Positions 25,129-37,946 of a DNA stretch of 64,000 bases are shown here, piece after piece. A program made the translations under genes and the position numbers. The DNA is from Scyliorhinus canicula (Eukaryota): positions 1 through 64,000 of the forward strand of contig NW_024056013.1 of assembly GCF_902713615.1 (NCBI RefSeq). Direction: 5' to 3'. The notes under the pieces were generated by a model that saw nothing but the letters and a program-made list of their open reading frames with translations, searched no databases and had not been told where the DNA came from. How positions within the stretch are numbered: position 1 is the first letter of the stretch; every line of letters starts with the position of its first letter.

Positions 25129-26440
25129 TATGATGTGGAGATGCCGGCGTTGGACTGGGGTGGGCACAGTAAGAAGTCTTAAAACACCAGGTTAAAGTCC
25201 AACAAGGTTTGTTTCGAATCACTGGCTTTTGGAGTGTAGCTCCTTCCTCAGGTCAGTGAACATGTGAGTTCCACAAACACAGATGGGCAGCACGGTAGCA
25301 CAAGTGAATAGCACTATGGCTTCACAGCGCCAGGATCCCAGGTTCGCTTCCCCGCTGTCACTGTCTGTGCGGAGTCTGCACATTGTCCCAGTGTCTGCGT
25401 GGGTTTCATCCAGGTGCTCCGGTTTCCTCCCACAGTCCAAAGACGTGCAGGTTAGGTGGATTGGCCATGCTAAATTGCCCTTAGTGTCCAAAAGGGTTAG
25501 GTGGGGTTATTGGGTTACAGGAATAGGGTGGAAGTGAGGGCTTAAGTGGGTCAGTGCAGACTCGATGGGCTGATTGGCCTCCTTCTGTGCTGTATGTTCT
25601 ATATGCAGAAAAATTCAATGATGCAAAATGGTACTTTGAATGCGAGTCTTTGCAGGAAATTAAGTCTTTACAGGTCCATACGGTGCAACTGGAGAGAGGG
25701 ACAATCACAGGTTAAAGAGGTGTGAATTGTCTCAAGCCAGGACAGTTGGTAGGATTTTGCAAGCGCATGTAATGTGACAAGAATCCAGGGTCCCGGTTGA
25801 GGCCGTACTCACGTGTGCGGAACTTGGCTATCAGTTTCTGCTCGGCCATTCTGCGTTGCCGTGCATCCTGAAGGCCAATCGCTTACCCGAAGATCAGAGG
25901 CTGAATGCCCTTGACTGCTGAAGTGTTCCCCGGCTGGAAGGGAACATTCTTGCCTGGCAATTTTTGCGCGATGTCCGTTCGTCCGTTGTCGCAGCGTCTG
26001 CATGGCCTCGCCAATGTACCACGCCGCGGGACATCCTTTGCTGCAGAGTATGAGGTAGATAACGTTAGCCGAGTCGCACCATTACACTTGTTCTCACGTG
26101 TAATGGTGGTACCCATGTTGATGATCTGGCACGTCTTGCAGAGGTTGCCATGGCAGAGTTGTGTGGTGTCATGATCACTGTTCTCCTGAATGCTGGGTAG
26201 TTTGCTGCAATCAATGGTCTGAGGTTGTACAGTTGTTTGGAGGCAAGCAGTGTTGATGGTCTTGGCAAGATGTTTGTCTTCATCGATGACATGTCGAAGG
26301 CTGCGAAGAAGATGTCATAGTTTCTCCACTCCAGGGAATTCATCAGGCGAATGAGGCACCGGGAGTTTTTCCACAGACCCCAAGAGGCCTACAGCGAACC
26401 CAATGAGACAACCAATGAACCGGAACAGCAGACCGAGAGA
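25129..26440 (-). mobile_element. Penelope-like element fragment (duplicate of 9058) with nested V-SINE 25284-25601
   Basis: TLRQRTNGHR..SLPAGEHFSSQGHSASDLRVS; hammerhead-like motif with GAAA>AAAA at about 25215-25255. Confidence 0.85.
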
Positions 26441-26775
26441 TCTGTGGGACTGGAAGATCCAGCCAGCCGGAAGGGCTGGAAAACCTCACCCATTGAAACA
26501 ATCTGATCAGCTGATTCTACAGCTCCTCTTCCACTAAACCACTAGTAAAACTGCCTCGAAGACCTTTCTTGTACAAATTCTGAACTCACATCTTTCCCCT
26601 CTTTTCCTGCTGTTTCCCATCATGCTCTCTCAGCGCTCATCTTGTCTGTGAGACTTACCCTTTGCTCCTTTGTCGCAATTCTCACTAAACTGTTTATCAT
26701 ACAACTTCCAGAATCGTATCATTTACAGTGCAGACCAGGCCATTCGGCACATCGCGTCTGCACTGACCCTTGGTA

Positions 26776-27107
26776 ACACAGTGGTTAGCACTCTTCCTAC
26801 ACAGCTCCAGCGTCCCAGGTTTGAATCCCGGCTTGGGTCACTGTGCGGAGTGTGCACGTTGTCACAGTGTTTCTGTGGGTTTCCTCCGGGTGCTCCGGTT
26901 TCCTCCCACAGTCCAAAGATGTGCAGGTTAGGTGGACTGGCCGTGATAAATTGCCCTTAGTGTCCAAAATTGCCCTTAGTGTTGGGTGGGGTTGCTGGGT
27001 TATGGGGATAGGGTGGAGGTGTTGACCTTGGGTAGGGTGCTCTTTCCAAGAGCCGGTGCAGACTCGATTGGCCGAGTGGCCTCCTTCTGCACTGTAAATT
27101 CTATGAT
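26776..27107 (+). mobile_element. V-domain SINE at the duplication junction
   Basis: V-domain and tail tgtaaattctatgattc. Confidence 0.88.
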
Positions 27108-27148
27108 TCACTCGATGGGCCAAATGCCCTTCTTCTGCACTGTAAATT

Positions 27149-27583
27149 CTATGATTCTGTTTCAGTGTGAACTCGCTGGTGTTTCAGCAGATTCTGTTTA
27201 CTGTTAAAGATCTTCTCACAGTCAGCACAATTAAAACTCCTCTGATCAGTATGAACAAGTTGGTGTCTCAGGAGGATTGATAATTGAGTGAATCCCTTCC
27301 CACACACGGAGCAGATGAAGGGCCTCTCCCCTGTGTGAGTGCGTTGGTGTACCAGTAAATTCTTGTTACTTTTAAAACTCTTCTCACAGTCAGCACATTT
27401 AAAAGGTCTCTGATCAGTATGAACAAGTTGGTGGCTAAGGAGGTGTGATGACCGAGTGAATCCCTTCCCACACACGGAGCAGGTAAATGGCCTTTCCCCA
27501 GTGTGAATACGTCGACGAGTTTCCAATTCAGATGGGTAACTGAATCCCATCCCACAGTCCCCACATTTCCACGGTTTCTCCAT
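27149..27583 (-). CDS. C2H2 zinc-finger protein, 5 fingers (first lacks a His); short inverted paralog of 13977
   Basis: 144-aa [16 protein letters not shown]...HTETES; upstream 27584-28340 mirrors 13340-13976. Confidence 0.7.
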   Translation of the reverse strand: MEKPWKCGDCGMGFSYPSELETRRRIHTGERPFTCSVCGKGFTRSSHLLSHQLVHTDQRPFKCADCEKSFKSNKNLLVHQRTHTGERPFICSVCGKGFTQLSILLRHQLVHTDQRSFNCADCEKIFNSKQNLLKHQRVHTETES

Positions 27584-27964
27584 GGTTATTGACAGATTAT
27601 CAGGTGTAGGTGGGATGCAGATTTGAGGTCACGATCAGCCGTGATGTTATTAAATGGTGGAACAGGCTCAGGGGCTGAATGTCCTGTTGCTGCTTCCTGA
27701 TTCCTTTGGTGCGAATATCCTTATGTCTCTCCAACTTGGATCATCAGTTGAAGCCTGAGTACGGTGTCTCCCTGATGTCAATGCTGCAATTTAATTTCAT
27801 GCTGTGTGATTGGTTAAAGCTCAGTTCCAACTAATTGTGGACAATTACTTAGATGTCTGTGTCTCGGTGCTTTTCCAATCACAGTGATTTTTGAAATTTT
27901 TTCTGAAAGACAAAACAGACAAACATTTCTCTTTCCACGTTGAAAGGCCGGTCCTGATGAATCA

Positions 27965-28132
27965 ATGAAAAATGAAAATAGCTATTGTCATGAGTAGGCT
28001 TCAATGAAGTTACTGTGAAAAGCCCCTAGTCGCCACATTCCGGCGCCTGTCCGGGGAGGCTGGTACGGGAATCGAACTGTGCTGCTGGCTTGCTTGGTCT
28101 GCTTTAAAAGCCAGCGATTTAGCCCAGTGAGC
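27965..28132 (-). mobile_element. Short tRNA-derived SINE with (tttca)n tail
   Basis: Same family as 44421-44603 and 9600-9735; absent from the paralogous region. Confidence 0.75.
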
Positions 28133-28694
28133 TGACTCTGTCAAATACAACCAGGCCATTCTGTCACAGATTCTGCTGCTGTCAATACTCGGCACACATC
28201 TCCGACTGTCACACCTATCCAATCTCAGCCTTTCAGCTGATTTTCAATTCCATTTTCTCTCATGTGCTTGTCCCATTTCCTTTTGAAAACATCTCAGCAC
28301 TTTCCTCAACTCCTTTCCATGGTAATGAGTTGCATTCTAAATCTGTGATAAATAAATTTGTCCGAATTGCCCCCTTGGATTTACTAGTGTCAGCTCTCAT
28401 TTCTTGTTCCCAGGAGGGAGGGAGAAGCTCCACAGCTGCAAACCAGGGAGCTGACAATGATTGTGATGATGTGGAGATGCCGGCGTTGGACTGGGGTGAG
28501 CACAGTAAGAAGTCTTACAACACCAGGTTAAAGTCCAACAGGTTTGAACAAGACTTCCTCACCACACAGGACCTGCAACCGATGTTATGCACCAGATACA
28601 TCGATGACATTTTTTCCTTTGGACCCACAGCGAAGAATCACTGAAACGACTACACGATGAGATCAATAAATTCCATCCCACCATCAGACTCACC

Positions 28695-29729
28695 ATGGAC
28701 TATTCTCCAAATTCTGTTGCATTCTTGGACACACTCATCTCCATCAAGGATGGTCACCTTAGCACTTTGCTTTACCGCAAGCCCACAGAGAATCTCACGA
28801 TGCTCCACTTCTCCAGCTTTCACCCAAAACACATTAAAGAAGCCATCCCCTATGGACAAGCCCTCCGTATACACAGGATCTGCTCAGATGAGGAGGAGCG
28901 TAACAGACACCTACAGATGCTGAAAGATGCTCTCGTACGAACGGGATATGGCGCTCGACTCATCGATCGACAGTTCCAACGCGCCACAGCAAAAAACCGC
29001 ACCGACCTCCTCAGAAGACAAACACGGGACACCACTGACAGAGTACCCTTCGTCGTCCAGTACTTTCCTGGGGCGGAGAAACTACGACATCTTCTTCGCA
29101 GCCTTCAACACATCATCAATGAAGATGAACATCTTGCCAAGGTCATCCCCACACCCGCACTACTGGCCTTCAAACAACCGCGCAACCTCAAACAAACCAT
29201 TGTTTGCAGCAAATTACCCAGCCTTCAGAACAGCGACCACGACACCACACAACCCTGCCAGGGCAATCTCTGCAAGACATGCCAGATCATCGACTTGGAT
29301 ACCACCATTACACGTGGTAACACCACCCACCAGGTACACGGTACATACTCGTGCGACTCGACCAATGTAGTCTACCTCTTACGCTGCAGGAAAGGACATT
29401 GGCAGGACATGCAGACACTACAACAACAAATGAATGGGCATCATGCGACAATCACCAGGCCGGAATGTTCCCTTCCAGTCGGGGAACACTTCAGCAGTCA
29501 AGGGCATTCAGCCTCTGATCTCCGGGTAAGCGTTCTCCAAGGCGGTCTTCAGGACACGCGACAACGCAGAATTGCCGAGCAAAAACTTATAGCTAAGTTC
29601 TGCACGCATGAGTGCGGCCTCAACCGGGATCTTGGATTCATGTCGCATTACATCCACCCCCCACCATCTGGCCTGGACTTGCAAAATCCCACCAACTGTT
29701 CTGTCTTGAGACAATTCACACCTCTTTAA
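28695..29729 (+). pseudogene. PLE ORF remnant: RT thumb and GIY-YIG endonuclease
   Basis: 344 aa; CKTC linker, NVVYLLRC with the YIG segment deleted, EHF, E..LIAKF..GLNRD. Confidence 0.85.
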
Positions 29730-29850
29730 CCTGTGATTATCCCTCTCCCTGGATCTAATGATTTGATTACCTGCAAATGCTCGGATTCCAAGCATTGTCC
29801 AGCATCTCTGACTTTGTCTATATAAATGTTTCTGGAACGTACCTCACCAT

Positions 29851-29887
29851 TCACCTGAGGAAGGAGCTGCGCTCCGAAAGCTCGTGT
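29851..29887 (+). ncRNA. Minimal type I hammerhead ribozyme motif in the PLE pLTR
   Basis: CAC-CUGAGGA-A-GGAGC(UGC)GCUCC-GAAA-GCUC-GUG: intact core, 5-bp stem II, palindromic AGCU stem III, CUC cleavage triplet. Confidence 0.75.
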
Positions 29888-29946
29888 TTGAAACAAACCT
29901 GTTGGACTTTAACCTGGTGTTGTGAGACTTCTTACAATGATTGTGA

Positions 29947-30660
29947 CGGGTTTGCTCCAGCTCACAAATGCCCAGGGACTGATTGACGGCGGATTCGGAC
30001 CAATAGGAAAAGGGGGCGGGGCTTGAAGACCGAACGAGATCAGCTGGTCCTCCAGCCAATCAGAGTGAATGGGAGGCGGAGCAAAGCCGTGGTTCTCGGT
30101 CGGTCCGCATGCGCCCGGCCACCCGGGCCTGTCTTGAGAAAAGCCCGAGCAGCTTTCGCTGGTCCAACTGCCGTGTCCGAGCTTCGTATTCGGGGCCAAC
30201 ATGGAGTGTTTATGAAGCCTCCCGACCCATCCGCCGGTTCCATCCCTCCCTCATGACTCACCGGGCGCGATGTGACCGAGTTAGGATTCCCACCCGACTG
30301 CCTGAATCCTCAGTTGCCATCGGTACTGCGCATGCTGCAGCATCACGTGGGAGACCGGGCTCAGCCCCGCCCCTCATTCACTCCGATTGGTTGGACGACC
30401 CTCTGCAACCACTCGGTCCTCCTGCCCCCTCTCTTCCTATTGGTCCAGAGCTGCCGTCAATCACTCCCTGGGCATGGTGAGCTGGAGCATGTGCAGTACC
30501 GACGCTGGACTCGGCCGGGAGGTTTCACTGAAACCCGGTGGAGGTTCCAAACCCCAATAAGAAGTTTCCGGGCCCGGGTTTGCATCAAGCGGGGAACCAG
30601 CTGCGGCCTGCACACACTCACGATCCACGAACCGATGAAACCGCACCAACACCGCCCGCG
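29947..30660. promoter_or_regulatory. CpG-island promoter, inverted paralog of 12120-12810
   Basis: 30290-30490 is the reverse complement of 12230-12440; CCAAT, GC-box and GCGCATG motifs. Confidence 0.75.
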
Positions 30661-30683
30661 GCGGCTCGTTCGGCTTGGGCCTC

Positions 30684-31466
30684 CTAGCCAGAATTCTGTG
30701 GGCTCCCTCTAACTCCAGGGGACCCAGCTCCCATCAGCGAGTTTAACATAGTCACCACATAGGCCGCTAGGTCCGACCCCTCCAGCCCCTCCGTGAGGCC
30801 CAGGATCCACAAATTCTTCCTCCTCGACCAGTGGTCCAGCTCCTCAAACTGCTCCTGCCATCTTTTATGGAGCGCCTCGTGCATCTCCACCTTCCCCGTC
30901 ACGGCCACGACCTCATCCTCCCTTTCGGCTGAAGAAGGAGCCGTGCTCCGAAAGCTCGTGTTTGAAACAAACCTGTTGGACTTTAACCTGGTGTTGTAAG
31001 ACTTCTTACTGTGCTCACCCCAGTCCAACGCCGGCATCTCCACATCATCCCTTTCGGATGCCTGCTGCTGCAGCTCCCGGATCGCAGCCCCCTGGGCTGT
31101 CTGGGTCTCCATCAATTCCCTGTTGGTTACATTCAGCGACTCCAACAGCTCCAACTTAAGCTCCTGGAAGCAGCGCAGCAGAGTCGCCTGCTGCTCCTGA
31201 GCCCATTGCCTAAGCTCCTCAAGGCCTCCGCTGGCTGCCATTTTGTCTTCCTTCCCCCGCTTTTTCAGGGGTGCTTTCTCCGGTTTTCTCCTTACCCCAC
31301 TCCTGGTCCGGACCATAGGACCGTTGGGATCGACTCCTGACCTTTTCCCCCGTCGGGATTTGCCGCCACAGCTCCGTTGGGGGCCCTGAAAAGAGCCCCA
31401 AAGTCCGTTCTCAGCGGGAGCTGCCGAATGTGCGGCTTCGCTCCTCATTGCCGCCACCGGAAGTCC
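30684..31466 (-). mobile_element. L1-clade LINE 5' end (5'UTR plus ORF1 N-terminal half), 3'-truncated
   Basis: Starts ggacttccggtggcggc; coiled-coil region then SRRKNLWILGLTEGLEG (ORF1 RRM start). Confidence 0.8.
30929..31047 (+). mobile_element. Short PLE pLTR derivative with hammerhead core, 10-bp TSD
   Basis: ctgaagaaggagccgtgctccgaaagctcgtg...catctccacatca; TSD tccctttcgg at 30919-30928 and 31048-31057. Confidence 0.85.
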
Positions 31467-32466
31467 AATCCACCAGTGTTTGTAAATAGTTTACTCAATT
31501 GTTTTAGTTTGAACAAGACTTTTAATGATTAGGAAGGACAGGAATTTCAGATGGTAAATTGAAATAAATTTAGTTAAAATAAAGATACATATCAATACAG
31601 AATGAAAAGGGTAAACGTATCGATATGGAAGGAAAAAGTGTAAACTGATCGATACAGAAGGAAAAAGGGAAACTGATCGATACAAAACAGACTTTTTCCA
31701 GTTCTCTTGGCTGATCAGGCTGTATAAACATAATCCCTCTTGTACCACTTCTTTGGCAACAATAATTTTTTAAAATATAAATTTAGAGTGCCCATTTCAT
31801 TTTTTCCAATTAAGGGGCAATTTAGCGTGGCCAATCCACCTACCCTGCACCTCTTTGGGTGGTGGGGGCGAAACCCACACAAACACTGGGACAAGGTGCA
31901 AACTCCACACGGGCAGTGACCCAGAGCTGGGATCGAACCTAGGACCTCAGCGCTGTGAGGCAGCAATGTTAACCAATGCCCCACCTGCTGCCGTTTTGAC
32001 AACAATTCTGATGGGAATCTTGCTTTGGGGATTCCAGTACTTGGCTGACAATGGACCTTCTCCTCGGGTTTTAAATCCTTAAGTAGCTCCTCCCTCAGTT
32101 TGAATAAAATGATTAGAACTCAATGGTTGGTCAATTTCATTACCTAGACAGATATATGAACGGGCGGGGAACAGAGGGAAGTAGACCTTGGAAAATAGGG
32201 GACAGGTTTAGATAAAGGATCTGGATCGGCGCAGGCTGGGAGGGCCGAAGGGCCTGTTCCTGTGCTGTAATTTTCTTTGTTCTTGTTCTTACAGAAGCTA
32301 GAGTACTGAATTTAAAAGAGGCTGACATTACTTTCAGGTATAACCCAGTCTTTTAACACATACTACAAACTGATTATTAAATCTTCACAATTAAAATCAA
32401 TTGACGATCGCTATATGTTTCTGACTGGTGAGTAATGAATACACTTGATTAATACAATTGGTTAAT

Positions 32467-35223
32467 ATCAATGGGGTGTTCAGATCCTCTATAAGGGGCT
32501 ATATCGGGCGGTACCCCCTGGGGAAGCAGGCGGGATGGACCGCTTTTTGGATAAGCTGGAGTTCCCAAGAGTAGGGGACGAGCGGGTGGGGGCCCCAATT
32601 GAGCTGGAGTTGGTGGAGGTGCTGGGAAGTATGCAGACAGGGAAAGCGCTGGGGCCTGACGGGTTCCCGGTGGAATTTTATAAGAAATTTCCAGATTTGC
32701 TAGGCCCGCTGCTGGTGAGGACCCTGAATGAGGCCAGGGGGGAGGGGGGGGCTTTGCCCCCGACGATGTCCAGGGCAATTATCTCTTTGCTCCTGAAGTG
32801 GGAAAAGGACCGATGTGGGTCTTATCGACCGATCTCGCTCCTTAACGTAGATGTTAAGTTGTTGGCAAAGGTGCTGTCCAGGAGGGTGGAGGATGTGGTC
32901 CCGACGGTGATTCATGAGGACCAAACGGGGTTTGAAAAGGGGAGACAATTGAATGCCAACGTGCGGAGGCTCCTGAATGTTATGATGATGGCGCCGGTGG
33001 TTGGGGAGTCAGAAATAGTGGCGTCCATGGATGCGGAGAAAACTTTTGATAGGGTGGAGTGGAGTTACCTGTGGGAGGTGTTGCGGAGGTTTGGGTTTGG
33101 TGAGGGGTTCATTAGCTGGGTGAGGTTGCTGTCCAGCTCCCCGGTGGCGAGTGTGGTGAGGAATGGGAGGCGGTCGGAGGACTTTCGGCTTTCCAGAGGG
33201 ACGAGGCAGAGGTGCCCCTTGTCTCCCCTGCTCTTCGCATTGGCAATTGAGCCCCTGGCCATGGCGCTGGGGGACTCGAAGGGTTGGAGGGGGATTGTGC
33301 AGGGGGGCGGGGGGGTGGAGGAGCACCGGTTGGCGCTGTATGCAGATGATCTGCTGCTGTATGTCGCGGACCCGGCTGAGGGGATGCCAGAGGTGCTGAG
33401 GATACTTGAGGACTTTTCGGGATATCAGCTAAATGTGGGGAAAAGCGAGCTGTTTGTCCTGCACCCGGGGGGTCAGGAGAGGGAGATAGGGGAACTCCCG
33501 TTGAGGAGGGCTGAGAGGAGCTTTGGGTATCTTGGGGTCCACGTGGCTAGGACCTGGGGGGCTATGAATAGGCTTAACTTTTCGAGGCTGGTGGGGCAGA
33601 TGGAGGAGCAGTTCAGGAGGTGGGATGCGCTTCCGCTCTCGTTGGCGGGCAGGGTCCAGTCGGTGAAAATGACCGTGCTCCCGAGGTTTTTGTTTCTTTT
33701 CCAGTGCCTCCCCACGTTGATCCCGAAGGCTTTTGTTTAGAAGGATGAATAAGTCGATTCTGGGGTTTGTGTGGGCGCGGATGGCCCCGAGAGTAAGGAG
33801 GGTATTTTTGGAGCGAAGAAGGGAGGTGGGGGCCTGGCACTGCCCAACCTGGGTGGATATTATTGGGCGGCGAACGTGGCGATGATTCGCAGGTGGGTGA
33901 CGGAAGGGGAGGGTGATGCATGGAAGAGGTTGGAGGTGGCATCCTGTGCGGTCTGGAGGCCTTGGTGACGGCCCCACTTCCACTTCCCCCGGCAAAGTAC
34001 TCCACGAGTCCGGTGGTGGTTGCGTCCCTCAAAATCTGGGAACAGTGGAGGCGGCATAGGGGGGAAGTGAAGGCCACAGTTTGGGCCCGATATGGGGCAA
34101 TCACCGTTTTGCGCCAGGGAGAACGGGCGGGAGACTTGGGAGCTAGCACAGGGCAGGCATCAGACAGTTTGGGGACCTCTTCTTGGATGGGAAGCTCGCG
34201 ACTCTGGAGGAGCTAGTGGGGAAGTGGAACCTCCCCCCTGGGAACGCTTTTAGGTATATGCAGGTCAGGGACTTTGTTAAGAGCAGGTGGAGGTGTTTCC
34301 GCAGCTGCCGCCAAGGGGGATGCAGGACATTGTGCTTTCGGGGACGTCGGTCGGGGAAGGGAAGATCTCGGCTATCTACCAACTTATGCAGGTGGAGGAG
34401 GAGGCCTCAGTAGATGAGCTCAAAGCGAAATGGGAGGAAGAGCTAGGGGAAGAGATTGAGGATGGGACGTGGTCGGACGCCCTGGAGAGGGTGAATTCTT
34501 CCTCCTCTTGCGCACGGCTCAGCCTAATTCAGCTGAAGGTGCTGCACAGGGCTCACATGACGGGGGCAAGGATGAGCCGGTTTTTTGGAGGGGAAGACAG
34601 GTGTGGGAGGTGTTCGGGTGGCCCGGCAAACCACACCCATATGTTTTGGGCATGTCTGGCTCTGGAGGGGTTTTGGAAACGGGTGGCGGGGATTTTGTCG
34701 GAAGTAGTTGGGTCTAGGGTCAGGCCGGGCTGGGGTAGTTTCGGAGCTGGGGGTGCAGGAGGCGAGAGAGGCCGGCATTCTGGCCGTTGCGTCTCTAGTA
34801 GCCCGGCGCAGGATTCTGTTACGGTGGAGGGATACGCGGCCCCCGAGTTCGGAGACCTGGGTCAACGACACGGCTGGGTTCATTTAGTTGGAGAGGATGA
34901 AATTTGCCCTGAGGGGGTCGGTACAGGGGTTCTTTCGGCGGTGGCAGCCCTTTCTCGACTTCCTGGCGAAGGGGTAGAGAGTGGTCGGTCTCTGCAGCAA
35001 CCCAGTGGGGGGGGGGGGATGGTTGGGGGGGTGTTTGTGCGGCGGTGGGTTTGTTATGTTATTTTCTTCTTTATTGTATTGCTATTTGGTATTATTTATT
35101 TTGGGGGGGGGAAGAGTTCTTTTCTTGTTCTGTTTTGGCGTGGAAATTGTTTGTTTTAAATTGCGGGGAGAAAATTTGTTATTGTTATTAAAAAACTAGA
35201 ATAAAAATTATTTTAATAAAAAT
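32467..35223 (+). mobile_element. L1-clade LINE ORF2 (RT plus C-terminus), 5'-truncated, 15-bp TSD
   Basis: GPDGF, YRPISLLN, DAEKTFDRVEW, YADD, CGRC..HTHMFWAC; stops and frameshifts; TSD atacaattggttaat at 32452-32466 and 35224-35238. Confidence 0.93.
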
Positions 35224-35764
35224 ATACAATTGGTTAATGGCTGGATATAAAATGCCCCATTCAGGTAAATATTAGTCTCAAAATGGCTTCCTTGATCTTG
35301 TTCGCTTATCATAGAACTTACAGTGCAGAAGGAGGTCATTCGGCCCATCGAGTCTGCACCGGCTCTTGGAAAGAACACACTACCCAAGGTCAACACCTCC
35401 CCCTATCCCAATAACCCAGTAACCCCACCCAACACTAAGGGCAATTTTGTACACTAAGGGCAATTTATCATGGCCAATCCACCTAACCTGCACATCTATA
35501 AAATGGAACTTGTCTGAAAATGCATACTTTCTACTGAAATGTACTACCTAGTCCCACTTATAGGTGTCTGTAAAGACTATTGTTCATCCCCCGCTGCATG
35601 ATTCAATGGGTTAATGTGTTCAGGAGAACAACCAAAGATGTGAGAATGGAAATAATCTCGAGTTAATGATGAGGTGTTATTGTTCAATGGTTACATTCCC
35701 ATCTCTGAGTCAGGAGGATGTGGGTTCAACTTCACCTCCAGAAATCTGACCATAAAATCCAGCT

Positions 35765-37946
35765 GGTACTGAGGGAATACAGCACTGTACTGAGGGAATA
35801 CAGCACTGAGGGAGTACAGCACTGTACTGAGGGAATACAGCACTGTACTGAGGGAATACAGCAATGTACTGACAGAATACTGCACTGTACTGAGGGAATA
35901 CTGAACTGTACTGAGAGAATACTGCACTGTACTGAGGGAATACTGTACTGAGGGAGTAGAGCACTGTACTGAGGGAATACTGCACTGTACTGAGGCAATA
36001 CAGCACTGTACTGAGGGAATACAGCGCTGCACTGAGGGAATACAGTACTGTACTGAGGGAATACAGCGCTGTACTGAGGGAGTACAGCGCTGTACTGAGG
36101 GAGTACAGCGCTGTACTGAGGGAATACTGCACTGTACATAGAACATAGAACAGTACAGCGCAGAACAGGCCCTTCGGCCCTCGATGTTGTGCCGAGCAAT
36201 GATCACCCTACTCAAACCCACGTATCCACCCTATACCCGTAACCCAACAACCCCCCTTAACCTTACTTTTTAGGACACTACGGGCAATTTAGCATGGCCA
36301 ATCCACCTAACCCGCACATCTTTGGACTGTGGCAGGAAACCGGAGCACCCGGAGGAAACCCACGCACACACGGGGAGGATATGCAGACTCCGCACAGACA
36401 GTGACGCAGCCGGGAACTGAACCTGGGACCCTGGAGCTGTGAAGCATTGACGCTAACCACCATGCTGCCCCAGTGTACTGAGGGAATACAGTGCTGTACT
36501 GAGGGAATACAGTGCTGTACTGAGGGAATACAGCGCTGTACTGAGGGAATACAGCGCTGTACTGAGGGAATACAGCTCTGCATTGAGGGAATACTGTACT
36601 GAGGGAATATAGCACTGTACTGAGGGAATATAGCACTGTACTGAGGGAATACAGCACGGTACTGAGGGAGTACTGCACTGTACTGAGGGAATACAGCACT
36701 ACTGAGGGAATACTGCACTGTACTGAGGGAATACTGCACCGTACTGAGGGAATACTACACCGTACTGAGGGAATACTGCACCATACTGAGGGAATGCAGC
36801 ACTGTACTGAGGGAATGCAGCACTGTACTGAGGGAATACAGCACTGTACTGAGGGAATACAGCACTGTACTGAGGGAATACAGCACGGTACTGAGGGAGT
36901 ACTGCACTGTACTGAGGGAATACAGCACTACTGATGGAATACTGCACTGTACTGAGGGAATACTGCACCGTACTGAGGGAATACTACACCGTACTGAGGG
37001 AATACTACACCGTACTGAGGGAATACTGCACCATACTGAGGAATGCAGCACTGTACTGAGGGAATACAGCACTGTACTGAGGGAGTACTGCACTGTACTG
37101 AGGGAATACAGCACTGTACTGAGGGAATACTGCACTGTACTGAGGGAATACAGCACTGTACTGAGGGAATACAGCACGGTACTGAGGGAGTACTGCACTG
37201 TACAGAGGGAATACAGCACCGTACTGAGGGAATACTGCACTGTACTGAGGGAATACTGCACTGTACTGAGGGAATACAGCACGGTACTGAGGGAATGCAG
37301 CACTGTACTGAGGGAGTACAGCACTGTACTGAGGGAATACAGCACTGTACTGAGGGAATACAGCGCTGTACTGAGGGAATACAGCACTGTACTGAGGGAA
37401 TACAGCGCTGTATTGAGGGAATACTGCACTGTACTGAGGGAATACAGCACTGTAGTGAGGGAATACTGCACTGTACTGAGGGAATACTGCACTGTACTGA
37501 GGGAATACAGCACTGTACTGAGGGAATACAGCGCTGTATTGAGGGAATACTGCACTGTACTGAGGGAATACAGCACTGTAGTGAGGGAATACAGCACGGT
37601 ACTGAGGGAATACAGCACTGTACAGAGGGAATACTGCACCGTACTGAGGGAATACAGCACTGTACTGAGGGAATACAGCACTGTACTGAGGGAATACAGC
37701 ATGGTACCGAGGGAATACAGCACTGTACTGAGGGAATACAGCATGGTACTGAGGGAATACAGCACTGTACTGAGGGAATACAGCACGGTACTGAGTGAAT
37801 ACAGCACGGTACTGAGGGAATACAGCACTGTACTGAGGGAATACAGCACGGTACTGAGGGAATACAGCACCGTACTGAGGGAATACAGCACTGTACTGAG
37901 GGAATACAGCACGGTACTGAGGGAATACTGTACTGAGGGAATACAG
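35765..37946. repeat. 21-bp minisatellite (gtactgagggaatacagcact)n
   Basis: Head-to-tail units with minor variants over about 1.85 kb, interrupted by one SINE. Confidence 0.97.
36137..36471 (-). mobile_element. V-domain SINE inserted in the minisatellite
   Basis: (catagaa)n tail at 36137; reverse V-domain; near-identical to 43581-43903. Confidence 0.92.

Larger units (their letters stand above)
28467..29933 (+). mobile_element. Penelope-like retroelement, 5'-truncated, inverted 5' pLTR piece, 13-bp TSD
   Basis: RT YIDDIF and FLD..LYRKPT motifs plus GIY-YIG-type C-terminus; TSD acaatgattgtga at 28454-28466 and 29934-29946; empty site at about 12790. Confidence 0.92.

Noticed and set aside
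30684-35223. Single full-length L1 from ORF1 (31457) and ORF2 (32535)
   Set aside because: Opposite strands, 1 kb apart, and the ORF2 piece has its own TSD
35765-37946. CRISPR-like array or repetitive protein ORFs (LYSLSTV, HCTEGIQ, QCCIPSV)
   Set aside because: No unique spacers, eukaryotic context; the ORFs are by-products of a 21-bp unit that is stop-free in several frames
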